Source: an uncultured Pelagibacteraceae bacterium (GTDB lineage: Bacteria; Pseudomonadota; Alphaproteobacteria; Pelagibacterales; Pelagibacteraceae). Taken from it: a DNA stretch of 64,000 nt. The position numbers were made by a program, and so were the translations under genes. The notes beneath the pieces were generated by a model. The model was not told the origin of the DNA and did no database searches. It saw only the letters and a list, made by a program, of their open reading frames with translations. Every line of letters begins with the position of its first letter. Positions within the stretch are counted from its first letter, which is position 1. The DNA lies in assembly GCA_902628305.1 (NCBI GenBank), contig CACOMK010000001.1, forward strand, positions 44,980-108,979, read 5' to 3'. This document shows, one piece after another, positions 8,573 to 19,702 of this stretch.

Positions 8573-10192
8573 TTACATATTTCCATATCTCGGTCCACCA
8601 CTACCTTCTGGTGTTACCCAAGTTATATTTTGAGATGGTTCTTTAATATCACAAGTTTTACAATGAATGCAGTTTTGTGAATTAATAACAAATTTATTTA
8701 TATCATTTTCTCTTTGGACTTCATACACACCTGCTGGACAATATAATTGAGCAGGTTCATTAAATTTTTCTAAAGTATAATTAATTGGTAAATCTGGATC
8801 TTTTAATTTTAGATGAATAGGTTGATTGTCAGCATGATTTGTACCAGTTAAATATACGGAGCTTGTTTTATCAAAAGTTATAACATTATCATATTTCGGA
8901 TAATTTATTTTAGGCATTTCATTCGCTGGTTTTAAAGTTTCATGATCAGCATGCTTATGTTTAAGCGTGAAAGGGAGTTTTCCTCTAAAAAGTATTTGAT
9001 CAATCCCTGTAAATATGATTCCTAATATTAAACCCCAACTAAAACTAGGTTTAACATTCCGAGCCTCGTATAACTCTTTATATAACCAGCTATTTTTAAA
9101 TTTATCTTCAAAAATCGACAAATCTTTATTTTCTTTTAAATGTTCATTAATAGTTTCGGCTGCAATAATTCCACTCTTCATCGCTGTGTGAGAGCCTTTT
9201 ATTTTTGGCATATTTAAAGTACCTGCATCACATCCAACCAGCAAAGCACCAGGCATAAACATTTTTGGTAAGCTTTGAAATCCGCCTTCAATTAAAGCTC
9301 TAGCACCGTAAGAAATCCTTTTTCCTCCCTCAATAATTTTTTTTATTGCTGGGTGAGTTTTAAATCTTTGAAATTCATCATATGGAGACAAATGAGGATT
9401 TTTATAATCCAAACCAATTACATACCCTAAAAATATTTGTTTATTCTCTGCATGATACATAAAGCTTCCTCCATATGTACTGTTATCTAGTGGCCATCCA
9501 GCTGTATGCATAACTAAACCCTCTTCATGATTTTTATTGTCAATTTCCCATATTTCTTTGAAACCAATTCCATACTGTTGAGGATCTTTTCCTTTATTCA
9601 ATTCAAAATTTTGTATTAGTTGTTTTCCTAGGTGACCTCTACAACCTTCAGCAAAAACAGTCACCTTTCCTAAAAGTTCAATTCCTGGTTCGAAACTATC
9701 TTTTTTATTTCCTTGTTTATCTACTCCCATATCTTGAGTTGCTACACCTTTTACAGATCCATTTTCATTGTATAAAATTTCACTTGCAGGAAATCCTGGA
9801 AAAATTTCTACGCCTAAAGCCTCAGCTTGCTCTGCTAACCATCTGCATAAATTTGCTAAACTAATTATATAGTTTTTATGATTTTGTTGAACTTCAGGCA
9901 AAAGCCATGTTGGCCAACTTAATGATTTTGTTTTTCCTAAAAATAAAAATTTTTCTTTTTTAACTTTTGTTTTAATTGGGGAATTTAATTCTTTCCAATT
10001 TGGTAATAATTCATCTAATGCACGAGTTTCAAAAACATTACCACTCAAAATATGTGCACCAATTTCTGATGCCTTCTCTAATAAACAAACATTAATATTT
10101 GGATCTAATTGTTTTAATTTAATTGCGGTTGATAAACCTGATGGACCACCACCAACTATAACAACATCATATTCCATGGATTCTCTAGACAT
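8573..10192 (-). CDS. etfD: Electron transfer flavoprotein-ubiquinone oxidoreductase
   Basis: FAD motif GGGPSG, GAHILSG, IKGSHTAMKSG; Fe-S motif CPAGVYE...NCIHCKTCDIKEP. Confidence 0.95.
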   Translation of the reverse strand: MSRESMEYDVVIVGGGPSGLSTAIKLKQLDPNINVCLLEKASEIGAHILSGNVFETRALDELLPNWKELNSPIKTKVKKEKFLFLGKTKSLSWPTWLLPEVQQNHKNYIISLANLCRWLAEQAEALGVEIFPGFPASEILYNENGSVKGVATQDMGVDKQGNKKDSFEPGIELLGKVTVFAEGCRGHLGKQLIQNFELNKGKDPQQYGIGFKEIWEIDNKNHEEGLVMHTAGWPLDNSTYGGSFMYHAENKQIFLGYVIGLDYKNPHLSPYDEFQRFKTHPAIKKIIEGGKRISYGARALIEGGFQSLPKMFMPGALLVGCDAGTLNMPKIKGSHTAMKSGIIAAETINEHLKENKDLSIFEDKFKNSWLYKELYEARNVKPSFSWGLILGIIFTGIDQILFRGKLPFTLKHKHADHETLKPANEMPKINYPKYDNVITFDKTSSVYLTGTNHADNQPIHLKLKDPDLPINYTLEKFNEPAQLYCPAGVYEVQRENDINKFVINSQNCIHCKTCDIKEPSQNITWVTPEGSGGPRYGNM

Positions 10193-10215
10193 ACTCTAGT
10201 TTTTAACTGTAAGGA

Positions 10216-11169
10216 TTATTTTTGTATAGTGTTTAATTTGTTCAATTCTTCCATGAACTGAGGTATAGCTTCAAATAAATCTGCTTCTAAACCGTAATCT
10301 GCAACACTAAAAATTGGGGCTTCTCCGTCTTTATTAATTGCGACGATAATTTTACTTTCTTTCATGCCAGCTAAATGCTGAATTGCACCTGAAATTCCAA
10401 TTGCAATATATAGATCTGGTACAACAACTTTTCCTGTTTGACCGACTTGATGATCATTACTAATATAACCAGCATCAACTGCTGCTCTAGATGCACCTAT
10501 TGCTGCACCAAGTTTATCTGCAACCTTCGTAATTAATTTAAAATTATCTCCACTTTGCATTCCTCTTCCACCCGATACGACAATTCTTGCTGTTCCTAGT
10601 TCAGGTCGATCAGATTTAATTTCTTCTCTTTTTACAAATTTTGTGTTTGAAAATTCTTCACTTGCCTCTACTTTCTCAATTGGGGCTGATCCTCCGGAAC
10701 TATCACATGGATCAAAAGAAGTAGGTCTTATAGTTACGCATTTTTTCGCATCATTACTTTTAATTGTTGCAAAAGCGTTTCCAGCATAAATTGGTCTTAA
10801 AAAAGTATCTGGTGATATTACCTTGATAATGTCACTTACCTGTGAAGTATCAAGATGAGCAGCAATTCTTGGCATTAAATTTTTTCCAAATGTATTTGCT
10901 GAGCAAACAATATGTGAATAATTTTCTGCAAGTTTAATAATTACAGGAGCAAAATTTTCTGCAGTAAAGTTTTCATAATGAGCTGCTTCAACACTTAGAA
11001 CTTTTTTAACTACTGGAAGTTCAGATAATTGTTTTGCTGCTTCTGCACTATTCTGACCAATGATAACAGCGTGAACATCTTTATCTATTTGAGATGCTGC
11101 AGTAGCCGCATTTAAAGTGAATGGTCTTAATTCTTTATTATTATGTTCTGCTATAAGTAAAACTGCCAT
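10216..11169 (-). CDS. etfA: ETF alpha subunit
   Basis: SGGRG, GASRAAVDAG, QVGQTGK, GISGAIQHLAGM. Confidence 0.97.
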   Translation of the reverse strand: MAVLLIAEHNNKELRPFTLNAATAASQIDKDVHAVIIGQNSAEAAKQLSELPVVKKVLSVEAAHYENFTAENFAPVIIKLAENYSHIVCSANTFGKNLMPRIAAHLDTSQVSDIIKVISPDTFLRPIYAGNAFATIKSNDAKKCVTIRPTSFDPCDSSGGSAPIEKVEASEEFSNTKFVKREEIKSDRPELGTARIVVSGGRGMQSGDNFKLITKVADKLGAAIGASRAAVDAGYISNDHQVGQTGKVVVPDLYIAIGISGAIQHLAGMKESKIIVAINKDGEAPIFSVADYGLEADLFEAIPQFMEELNKLNTIQK

Positions 11170-11918
11170 TATATTACCTTTGCTTCATTTTTTAATTTTT
11201 GAACTAATTCTGCAACATTTGCTACTTTTATTCCTGCTTTTCTTTTTGGAGGCTCTTCCACTTTCAATTGTTCTAATCTTGGCGATACATCTATACCTAA
11301 ATCAGAAGCTACAATTTCTTCAATCGGTTTTTTCTTAGCTTTCATAATATTTGGTAATGAGGCATATCTAGGTTCATTCAGTCTAAGATCACAAGTTACA
11401 ATTGCTGGAACATTTATTTCAATTGTTTCAAGGCCCTCGTCTATTTCTCTTGTAACTTCTAATTTATTATCTTTAACTTCAACCTTTGATGCAAATGTAG
11501 CTTGTGGCCAGTTTAATAAAGCGCTCAACATTTGACCTGTTTGATTACAATCATCATCAATTGCTTGTTTGCCCATAAATACTAAATCAGGTTTTTCTTT
11601 ATCAACTACTTTTTGCAAAATTTTTGAAACAGCAAGTGGTTCTAGTATTCCATCTACTTTTATATGAATGCCTCTATCTGCACCAACAGCTAGAGCTTTT
11701 CTAACTGTTTCTTGAGCTTTTTCTTCCCCTACTGTTACAGCAACCACTTCAGTTGCTTTACCTGCCTCTTTAATTTTTACAGCCTCTTCAATTGCATTAT
11801 CATCTGGAGGATTAGTTGACATTTTCACATTGTCTGTAACTACACCAGTTCCATCCTCTTTCACTCGAATTTGAACATTGTAATCAATAACTCTTTTTAC
11901 AGCGACTAAAATTTTCAT
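11169..11918 (-). CDS. etfB: ETF beta subunit
   Basis: [37 protein letters not shown]. Confidence 0.97.
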   Translation of the reverse strand: MKILVAVKRVIDYNVQIRVKEDGTGVVTDNVKMSTNPPDDNAIEEAVKIKEAGKATEVVAVTVGEEKAQETVRKALAVGADRGIHIKVDGILEPLAVSKILQKVVDKEKPDLVFMGKQAIDDDCNQTGQMLSALLNWPQATFASKVEVKDNKLEVTREIDEGLETIEINVPAIVTCDLRLNEPRYASLPNIMKAKKKPIEEIVASDLGIDVSPRLEQLKVEEPPKRKAGIKVANVAELVQKLKNEAKVI

Positions 11919-14350
11919 TAAGCTCTCAATAAATTATTTTCTGAATCGTACGGACTCTCATCTAATACTGTAGCGTCGTACATTTCTCCTAATATATCAA
12001 CTTGTAATTTGTCGCCTACATTAGAACAATCCGGTTTTACCATAGCTAGTGCTATTGATTTATCTAATCTAAACCCAAATTCTCCTCCAGTTGCTCTTCC
12101 AACTACCTTTCCATCTTTAAAAATGGGGTTATTTCCCAGTACATCAGCGTCCTTTGTATTGTGTACCTCCAAAGTAACTAATTTATTGTCGAAACCTTTC
12201 TCTCTCCACTTATTTAATGCATCTAAGCCGATAAAGTTTCCTTTATTTGGGTGAACAAATCGATCTAGGCCAGATTCGTAAGGTGAATATTCAATTGATA
12301 ATTCGGTACCTACTAATTTATAAGATTTTTCAACCCTTAAACTATTCATAGCACGTATTCCAAAAGGTTTTATTCCTAGATCTTTACCTGCTTCCATTAA
12401 TTTATCAAAAATATGGTTTTGATATTCGATTGGATGATGTAATTCCCAACCAAGTTCACCAACAAAGTTTACTCTCATTGCATTTACTGGAGCATATCCA
12501 ACATTTACATTTTTAGCAGTTAACCATTTAAAATTCTCATTAGAAAAATCATCTGTTGAAACCTTTTGCATTAATTGTCTAGCCTTAGGACCTGCTACTA
12601 CTAAAACCCCTGTGCTATTTGTTAGATCTTCAAATATTACTGATCCATCATTTGGCATCCATTTTTGTATCCAGTCATGATCTAATCTTAAATTCGCTCC
12701 AGCTGAGACTAAATAATAACTATTCTCCGCTTCTTTCATTATCGTAAATTCAGAATGCACTCCTCCTTTAGTATTTAAAGCATGACATAGGTTTATCCTT
12801 CCAATTTTTTTTGGAAGCTTATTAGCAACCAAATAATCTAAAAATTCCTCTGCCTTTGGTCCTTTAATTCTGCATTTTGCAAACGCAGTCATATCTAAAA
12901 GACCCACGTTTTCTTTTACATTTTGACATTCTTTTTTAATTGCATCGAACCATTTTGATCTTCTAAATGACCAATCATCTTTTTGTTCCATTCCATCAGT
13001 TGCGAAAAAATTAGGTCTTTCCCATCCAAATTTCTGACCAAATACTGCGCCTAAATTTTTCATTCTTTCGTAACAAGGAGCTGTTCTTAACGGTCTTGCT
13101 GCTGGCCTCTCTTCATCTGGATAGTGCACAATAAATACATGGCTGTATGCCTCTTCATTTTTTGCTTTCAAATAAGATTTGGTTGCATAGTTTCCGTAAC
13201 GTCTTGGTTCAACGCCCAACATGTCAATCGTAGGCTCACCATCAACGATCCACTCTGCTAATTGCCAGCCAGCACCACCTGCTGCTGTTATTCCAAAACT
13301 ATGTCCTTCATTAATCCAAAAATTTTTAAGTCCCCAAGCAGGTCCAACAATTGGATTTCCATCAGGTGTATAACAGATTGCTCCGTTATAAACTTTTTTA
13401 ACTCCAACCTCTCCAAATGCAGGAACTCTATGAATTGCTCCTTCAATGTGTGGAGCTAATCTATCTAAGTCTTCTTGAAATAATTCATATTCAGAATTTT
13501 TGGAGGGTCCCTCTACATAACAAGCTGGTGCACCATCTTCATAAGGACCTAAAATTAATCCTCCAGCTTCTTCTCTCATATACCATCTACTATCACTATC
13601 TCTTAAAACGCCCATTTCTGGTAATCCATCTTTTTTTCTTTTTTGGATTTCAGGGTGGGGTTCTGTAACAATATACTGATGTTCAACAGGAATTACTGGA
13701 ATATCTAATCCTACCATTTCACCTGTCTGTCGTGCAAAATTTCCTGAACATGAAATAACATGTTCACACTCTATTGATCCTTTATCTGTTTCTACAACCC
13801 ATCCTTCTGTAGTTTGTCTCATTGATAGGACAGTTGTATTTCTATAAATTTCTGCTCCTCTGTTTCTTGCACCTGTTGCTAATGCTTGCGTTAAATCTGC
13901 TGGTTGAATATATCCATCTTCAGGGTGTTGTATTGCGCCAACTAAATCATCTGTATGACATAATGGCCAAATTTCTTTTACTTGTTCTGGTTTTAAAAAT
14001 TTAACATCTACTCCAATAGTTCGAGCAACACCTGCGTATTGATGGTATTCATCCATTCTATCTTTTGTACTTGCTAAACGAATATTTGAAACAACACTAA
14101 AGCCAACATTTTTTCCAGTTTCCTCTTCTAAGGTTTTGTAAAGATTAACTGCATACTTATGAAGTTGCCCTACTGAATAACTCATATTAAATAAAGGTAA
14201 TAAACCAGCAGCATGCCAAGTAGATCCTGAAGTTAATTCTTTTCTTTCAACTAAGACAACATCGGACCATCCCTTTTTTGCTAAATGATAAAGAGCGCTA
14301 ACTCCTACAACTCCTCCACCAACTACTACAACTTTAGTTTTTGTTTTCAT
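11918..14350 (-). CDS. Dimethylglycine dehydrogenase-like flavoprotein (DAO + GcvT domains)
   Basis: [28 protein letters not shown]; coupled to etfB. Confidence 0.85.
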   Translation of the reverse strand: MKTKTKVVVVGGGVVGVSALYHLAKKGWSDVVLVERKELTSGSTWHAAGLLPLFNMSYSVGQLHKYAVNLYKTLEEETGKNVGFSVVSNIRLASTKDRMDEYHQYAGVARTIGVDVKFLKPEQVKEIWPLCHTDDLVGAIQHPEDGYIQPADLTQALATGARNRGAEIYRNTTVLSMRQTTEGWVVETDKGSIECEHVISCSGNFARQTGEMVGLDIPVIPVEHQYIVTEPHPEIQKRKKDGLPEMGVLRDSDSRWYMREEAGGLILGPYEDGAPACYVEGPSKNSEYELFQEDLDRLAPHIEGAIHRVPAFGEVGVKKVYNGAICYTPDGNPIVGPAWGLKNFWINEGHSFGITAAGGAGWQLAEWIVDGEPTIDMLGVEPRRYGNYATKSYLKAKNEEAYSHVFIVHYPDEERPAARPLRTAPCYERMKNLGAVFGQKFGWERPNFFATDGMEQKDDWSFRRSKWFDAIKKECQNVKENVGLLDMTAFAKCRIKGPKAEEFLDYLVANKLPKKIGRINLCHALNTKGGVHSEFTIMKEAENSYYLVSAGANLRLDHDWIQKWMPNDGSVIFEDLTNSTGVLVVAGPKARQLMQKVSTDDFSNENFKWLTAKNVNVGYAPVNAMRVNFVGELGWELHHPIEYQNHIFDKLMEAGKDLGIKPFGIRAMNSLRVEKSYKLVGTELSIEYSPYESGLDRFVHPNKGNFIGLDALNKWREKGFDNKLVTLEVHNTKDADVLGNNPIFKDGKVVGRATGGEFGFRLDKSIALAMVKPDCSNVGDKLQVDILGEMYDATVLDESPYDSENNLLRA

Positions 14351-14406
14351 TCTGCAATTCCTACTAAATTTTTAATTATAACGAAACAAAAATGTATCTA
14401 AAATAA

Positions 14407-14880
14407 TCAAATTGAGCTTCCAAGGGGTATAGGGCTGGATACCATTGTAGTTAACCAACAGTCCTTTAAAATTCCGTCCAAGGTGTACTTTTCAACTTGC
14501 CAATTGAATTTATGATAAATCTTTTCTTTATCAAGAATGATAACTTCAAATTGAGCCCATTTGTCACTGCTTCCAAGTTCAGTTATCGTATGGCTTAGGT
14601 GGTTAATCATCATTCCATAAGAATCACTTTTTATCATCATTTTAAAATTGCTTAATGGTCCTGTTACTCTTTTATTATTGGGGTGTGCAAAATTCCAAGT
14701 TTGCTCTATACCACCATCTTTAAAATCTGAGTCATTATTCTGAAGACCTATAAGTTGAATTTTAACAACTTCAGAAGGCAAAATATCTTTATTAGGCTTT
14801 AGTAAATCGGCTTTTGAAATTGAAGTAAATATTAGTAAAATTAATATAATCTCAAATTTTGTTTGCAGTGTTTTCAACAT
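14407..14880 (-). CDS. Exported hypothetical protein (DUF4864/NTF2-like)
   Basis: Signal-like N-terminus; PSEVVKIQL...LQNND...FAHP...GPLSNFKMMI...CWLT pattern. Confidence 0.6.
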   Translation of the reverse strand: MLKTLQTKFEIILILLIFTSISKADLLKPNKDILPSEVVKIQLIGLQNNDSDFKDGGIEQTWNFAHPNNKRVTGPLSNFKMMIKSDSYGMMINHLSHTITELGSSDKWAQFEVIILDKEKIYHKFNWQVEKYTLDGILKDCWLTTMVSSPIPLGSSI

Positions 14881-15421
14881 CTTTTAAAAATTTTATTCTT
14901 TTTTTATCTTCAACAAATGGTACAGCAAAGTATCGCCTATATATAATATCCGTGATGCCGCATATGTTAAACACTCCTCTTCTTAATCTTTTTGTCGGCA
15001 TATTAAGAAAAAAAGTTCTCACCGCAAATTGAGGTGATCCATATGTACAAAATACAACTGCTTTTTTTCCTTTTAAGTTTCCTATTGGATAACCATAATT
15101 TCCAAAAAGTTTTTTAAATTTAAATGCCCAAGGAGGTGCTAAAACTTTATCAATCCAACCTTCTACTATTGCAGGCATTCTAAAATTCCAAATTGGTGCA
15201 ATAATAACTATTACATCTGAGTCATCTATTCTTTTTCTATGATTTAATACTTTTTCATCTGGTTTTTCACCTGAGAATACCGGATCAAATTTATCTTTAT
15301 ATAAATCAATTAAATCTACAGAATGACCATTTTTCTCAACACATTTTATAAATGTATCTCGAATTGCAGCATTAAAAGAATTTTCATCATAATGTCCATA
15401 AACAATAAAAATTTTTTTCAT
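14852..15421 (-). CDS. Flavodoxin-like NAD(P)H quinone oxidoreductase
   Basis: YGH...SFN, DLYKDKFDP, PIWNFRMPAIVEGWIDKV. Confidence 0.85.
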   Translation of the reverse strand: MKKIFIVYGHYDENSFNAAIRDTFIKCVEKNGHSVDLIDLYKDKFDPVFSGEKPDEKVLNHRKRIDDSDVIVIIAPIWNFRMPAIVEGWIDKVLAPPWAFKFKKLFGNYGYPIGNLKGKKAVVFCTYGSPQFAVRTFFLNMPTKRLRRGVFNICGITDIIYRRYFAVPFVEDKKRIKFLKDVENTANKI

Positions 15422-15450
15422 ACATTTTTTTTTTATTATATATATAGGTA

Positions 15451-17061
15451 CTATTCTGAAGTTTTGTACTTACTATTATTAATAATAAATACGAAAAGAA
15501 TTGGCAAAACTAAGGTTAATATCGTTACAACAATTAATAAAACTCCAAGTTCAGAATAATCTGCTGTAGTTTGAATTTCACCAGAAACTTTATCTTTAAC
15601 CTCTCTAGTCACAGTAAATATTTCATTTAAATATTTAGTGCCTAATGCACTTGCAGATAAAGCAAGATTTGTAAAAGATGCGAAAACTGCAAAAAAAGTT
15701 GCTTTTAAATGTGCTGGAGCATTTTTTGCTATCCAAGCTAATAAAGGTATCATTGATACTTGACCAAGAGGAGACTCTAACGCGGTATTAATTAATGCAA
15801 TAAACTTAGCATCAACTACTCCACCTGTTAACGAAGCTGTCCAATTATGAAAACCATAATACATTCCAACACTTGGTAAAAATAAAATTGCACCAGCAAT
15901 ACTTAAAACAACTATTATTTTAGCAATTGAATTTTTGGCCATAAATGGTCTTAACAAAACAATGCCAGCTAATGTTAAAATAGATGCAAGCAGAGATAGG
16001 ATAGAAAAAAATTGCTCATTGAATCCTAGTTCATCAATTTCGAACCATGTTAAACCAGGACCAGGACCTGGCATGGCTCTAAATATAAATATTATTACAG
16101 CTGTACCTACAATTGTTAATCGTAATTCCTTGGGTAATTCCTTAATAAGTTTAAACATTAAAAACAAAATGATAATGACTGATCCTATAAATACAATTTC
16201 TTGTGCAAAAGGTACTTTGAACGAACCTACTGATAACGTAAAAATTACAAAAACTAAACTTCCACCTAAAATCCACCAATTAACTTTTGTTTTTTCGTCA
16301 CCTCTTTCTTCTTTAAATTCTAAACCCTTAGATTGTAAGTTTTGTATTTTCTTTAGTCTTAAATAATTTGCTAAAATTACACCTAAAATTGAAACCAAAG
16401 GTATTACAAGAGCATAAATATAAATGGTTCCGTATAAATTTATCTTATCAGCTTGCTCTAAGCTTTCCACGTCTCTAAATAAAACTACGTTAACTAATGC
16501 AACAAGTACCGTACCACCAATAATAGCAAACCTTCCAAGTGTCTGCATTGTTGTATGCATTATTTTTATTTGATCTTTAGTATATTCATTCCCAGTTTCA
16601 TCAACTAAAGGAACAGCTTCGACGGTCATGGCATCTGCCACAACATCCTGAACAACATAACCCACAGGGGCTAAAATCACGCTAATAACAAACCAAGTTT
16701 CTACTGAAAAAATTTGAGCCATATCTTCAGTGTGAATAATCAGCCCATACATAATTAATAAGCTTAGAGCTATTAAAGATGCTCCAAAGTAAACCATGTA
16801 ATTTTTTCTTTCCCAAATCAGATCAACTAAATGACCTAATGGCATTTTCAAAGCCCATGGAATTCCTGCCCAAAAACCCAATCCCGCAAGAAAAGCAGCA
16901 GACAAATTTAAATAATCCTTAACAAAAAAAGTTCCAACTATTCCTGTTAATCCAGAAATCCCAGCAGCCATATAAACCATTAATGGAGGTAGATAAGTCC
17001 ATTTAAACTGACGACCTAAATCTAAAAAAGTATTATCTAAAAATTTAATTATTTTATTCAT
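15451..17061 (-). CDS. Folate/biopterin transporter, BT1 family (MFS)
   Basis: ~12 TM; PWALKMPLG, QDVVADAMTVE, AKNAP...ATFFAVFASFTNL. Confidence 0.75.
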   Translation of the reverse strand: MNKIIKFLDNTFLDLGRQFKWTYLPPLMVYMAAGISGLTGIVGTFFVKDYLNLSAAFLAGLGFWAGIPWALKMPLGHLVDLIWERKNYMVYFGASLIALSLLIMYGLIIHTEDMAQIFSVETWFVISVILAPVGYVVQDVVADAMTVEAVPLVDETGNEYTKDQIKIMHTTMQTLGRFAIIGGTVLVALVNVVLFRDVESLEQADKINLYGTIYIYALVIPLVSILGVILANYLRLKKIQNLQSKGLEFKEERGDEKTKVNWWILGGSLVFVIFTLSVGSFKVPFAQEIVFIGSVIIILFLMFKLIKELPKELRLTIVGTAVIIFIFRAMPGPGPGLTWFEIDELGFNEQFFSILSLLASILTLAGIVLLRPFMAKNSIAKIIVVLSIAGAILFLPSVGMYYGFHNWTASLTGGVVDAKFIALINTALESPLGQVSMIPLLAWIAKNAPAHLKATFFAVFASFTNLALSASALGTKYLNEIFTVTREVKDKVSGEIQTTADYSELGVLLIVVTILTLVLPILFVFIINNSKYKTSE

Positions 17062-17496
17062 TTAATCACTTAGAACTGGGAATGCTTGTCTTACTTTTAA
17101 AAAATATTTTTGATATTCCATTTTAGTACATTTGTTTTCAACATATTCCATTTTATTTTCTTCAACTAATTTTTTTGCCTTTTGATCTCGAATACCAAGT
17201 TGAAGCCATAAGACTTTCGCACCTATTTTTACTGCATCTTCTGCAATCCCATATGCTTCACTAGATGGTCTAAATACATCTACTATATCTATATTTTTAT
17301 TAATATCTGTAACTTTAGCATAAACTTTTTCACCTAATATTTTATCCCCTTTTGCGCTTGGGTTTACCGGGTAAACTTTAAAACCATAATCTTGCATATA
17401 TCTCATAACAATATTTGATGTTTTTTTAAGATCCTTACTAACTCCTACCATTGCAATAGATTTATATTTAGAGAGAATATTTTTTATTTCACTCAT
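17062..17496 (-). CDS. CoA-binding protein (YccU-like)
   Basis: IAMVGVS, VYPVNP, DIVDVFR, WLQLGI. Confidence 0.9.
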   Translation of the reverse strand: MSEIKNILSKYKSIAMVGVSKDLKKTSNIVMRYMQDYGFKVYPVNPSAKGDKILGEKVYAKVTDINKNIDIVDVFRPSSEAYGIAEDAVKIGAKVLWLQLGIRDQKAKKLVEENKMEYVENKCTKMEYQKYFLKVRQAFPVLSD

Positions 17497-17501
17497 ATGA
17501 T

Positions 17502-17693
17502 TTACTTGTCTTTTAATAAAATTTTTTTCTTACAAAATTCTTTTGCTTCTTCAATGGTCATTGGTTTTTCTAATTTTTGACTACCTGCAACACATGCGTC
17601 TATAGCTCTTTGAAAATTATGATCTCTAAAATCTAGAACAATATAAAGCCCTACAATAATAAAAATAATTATTAAAATATTTTTAATTTTCAT
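17502..17693 (-). CDS. Small membrane-anchored hypothetical protein
   Basis: N-terminal TM, two Cys; ATGA overlap with the crotonase stop. Confidence 0.65.
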   Translation of the reverse strand: MKIKNILIIIFIIVGLYIVLDFRDHNFQRAIDACVAGSQKLEKPMTIEEAKEFCKKKILLKDK

Positions 17694-18469
17694 TTATTTT
17701 TCCAATTAGGTTTTCTTTTTTCTAGGAAAGCAGAAATTCCTTCTTTTGCATCCATTGCCATCATGTTAAGAGTCATCATTTTACTTGTATAAGCATAAGC
17801 TTTACTTAATGGCATTTCTAATTGTTTGTAAAAAGCTTGCTTTCCAATTTTTATTGTTAAATTAGATTTAGAAGCAATTTTATTTGCTACTTTTAACACT
17901 TCAATGTTTAATTTGGCTTTTGAAAAATTATCATTTATAAGCCCTATTTCTTTTGCATAATTTGCAGTGATAGGTTCTCCAGTTAACAACATTTTCATCA
18001 TTGGTTTTCGATTTATCTTTCTACTCACAGCAACCATAGGTGTACTACAAAATAAACCTATGTTGACCCCTGGTGTAGCAAATAGTGCGTCTTTTGTACT
18101 GTATGCTAAATCACAACTAGCAACCAATTGGCATCCAGCAGCAAATGCAGCACCATGAACTTTGGCTATTACAGGCTTTCTACCCTCAACGATCTGAAGC
18201 ATTACTTTTGAACAAAGATTAAATAATGTTAAATATTTATCTCTCTTTTTAAGACCTCTAACTTCTTTTAAATTGTGTCCAGCACTAAATCCTTTACCAG
18301 CACCCTCTAATATTATTACTTTAACTTTTTTATCAGTATCTAGCTTTTTTAAAGTCTTTAATAAATCGTAGAGATTTTTGAATGATAAGGAGTTATAAGT
18401 TTTTGGTTCATCAATGATAATCGATGCAACTTCATTGTTTATTTTTTTAATTTTAATATTACTAATCAT
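17690..18469 (-). CDS. Enoyl-CoA hydratase/crotonase (ECHDC3-like)
   Basis: FSAGHNLKE, AAGCQLVASCDLA, PGVNIGLFCSTP. Confidence 0.9.
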   Translation of the reverse strand: MISNIKIKKINNEVASIIIDEPKTYNSLSFKNLYDLLKTLKKLDTDKKVKVIILEGAGKGFSAGHNLKEVRGLKKRDKYLTLFNLCSKVMLQIVEGRKPVIAKVHGAAFAAGCQLVASCDLAYSTKDALFATPGVNIGLFCSTPMVAVSRKINRKPMMKMLLTGEPITANYAKEIGLINDNFSKAKLNIEVLKVANKIASKSNLTIKIGKQAFYKQLEMPLSKAYAYTSKMMTLNMMAMDAKEGISAFLEKRKPNWKNK

Positions 18470-19321
18470 TTAATCAGTTAATCCATCGGATCTAGCCTGA
18501 TTTCTTTCTATATGAATTGGTAAAACTTTGCCATAAATAGCTTTTGAATGTTCTGGAGTGTTTACTCTCCACGGATCTAAGACATAAGCTGGAATACACA
18601 TATATCTTGATTTTAGCCCTTCAACTTTTGTTACCCTGTGCAAAGTAAATCTGCCTTTAAATATTTGTAAATCTCCTGGCTCTAACTTCAATTGTCTTAC
18701 TCTTGATCTATCTCCTGATATAACTTTTTGAACTTCATCGAAATTTTCATTTCCAGGCTCTCTTATATTTGGACAGTACTCAAATACACCTCCCTTCTCA
18801 GGTTTTTGAATCATTAAACTAAGTGTGAATTCACAACTATCAAAATGCCAAGGGAGTACTCCTTCTGGTTTCATAACATTATAAGCATGACATGCTAAAG
18901 GATCTGCCCATCTGTAAATAGGCGAAACGCCTAAACAAGCAGAAACAAATTTTAAAAGCTCTTCAGTTTCATAGAGATATTTCATTTCAGAATCTTTTGG
19001 GAAACAATCTGAATTTAAATATCCATTATATCTATTCATAAAAGTTCTTTTTGGATGATCTTTTGGCAATGAAGGATCGTCCTTTGCATACAAGTAAGCA
19101 TTAATACTTTCTTTAGACATATAAACTTCGTCTAATTGTTTTTCTAACTCAGAATTCATTACCTTAAGTGATTTAGGTAAAATAAAATTTGGAATTGTTG
19201 AGCAACTATACTGATCAAGCTCCTCTTTACATTGTTTAACTAGATTTTTAATTATTTGCGAATTTAAATCGTGTATTGGATATTTTTCTAAATCTACAAT
19301 AGTCTTCAGTCTATCGTTCAT
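18470..19321 (-). CDS. Fe(II)/2-oxoglutarate oxygenase, HalD/BesD-like
   Basis: LPWHFD...GGVFEY...PGDLQIFKGRFTLHRVT (HxD...H triad). Confidence 0.75.
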   Translation of the reverse strand: MNDRLKTIVDLEKYPIHDLNSQIIKNLVKQCKEELDQYSCSTIPNFILPKSLKVMNSELEKQLDEVYMSKESINAYLYAKDDPSLPKDHPKRTFMNRYNGYLNSDCFPKDSEMKYLYETEELLKFVSACLGVSPIYRWADPLACHAYNVMKPEGVLPWHFDSCEFTLSLMIQKPEKGGVFEYCPNIREPGNENFDEVQKVISGDRSRVRQLKLEPGDLQIFKGRFTLHRVTKVEGLKSRYMCIPAYVLDPWRVNTPEHSKAIYGKVLPIHIERNQARSDGLTD

Positions 19322-19327
19322 TTAAGT

Positions 19328-19702
19328 TTATTTTAACTTTCCCTCTTCTCTCATTTTTGCTCTGATCTTTGTAGCTGATATTTTTTGTGTTTCTTCATCT
19401 AAAACAATTTCTTCAATTTTATATCCAACACCTCTACCGTAACAAATATTTGTGATATTAGGTACCATCATTATTTTAAATTGACCCTCAAATTCTGGAT
19501 TTAATCTCTCTTCTATATTTTTTTTTACTGTTTCAAAATCAAAAGGATTGTCATCTACACCCTGTACATCTCTAATTTGGATACAAACTTGACCCGTTTT
19601 CTTTATTATTTCCTTAAATAACTTATAGTGCCCATCATGAAAAGGTTGCCATCTTCCAAGCATTTGAGCTGTTGGTTTTTTATTGTCCCATTGATAAGTC
19701 AC
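19328..19702 (-). CDS. HxGH nucleotidyltransferase (NMNAT/cytidylyltransferase-like)
   Basis: GRWQPFHDGH and ISATKIR; probable GTG start at 19702 overlapping the upstream TGA. Confidence 0.8.
   Translation of the reverse strand: MTYQWDNKKPTAQMLGRWQPFHDGHYKLFKEIIKKTGQVCIQIRDVQGVDDNPFDFETVKKNIEERLNPEFEGQFKIMMVPNITNICYGRGVGYKIEEIVLDEETQKISATKIRAKMREEGKLK

Noticed and set aside
15425-15447. T10 tract and TA run as a phase-variation site
   Set aside because: Intergenic, and such runs are common at this AT content
18470-19321. Radical halogenase
   Set aside because: Has HxD, not the HxG/A of halogenases
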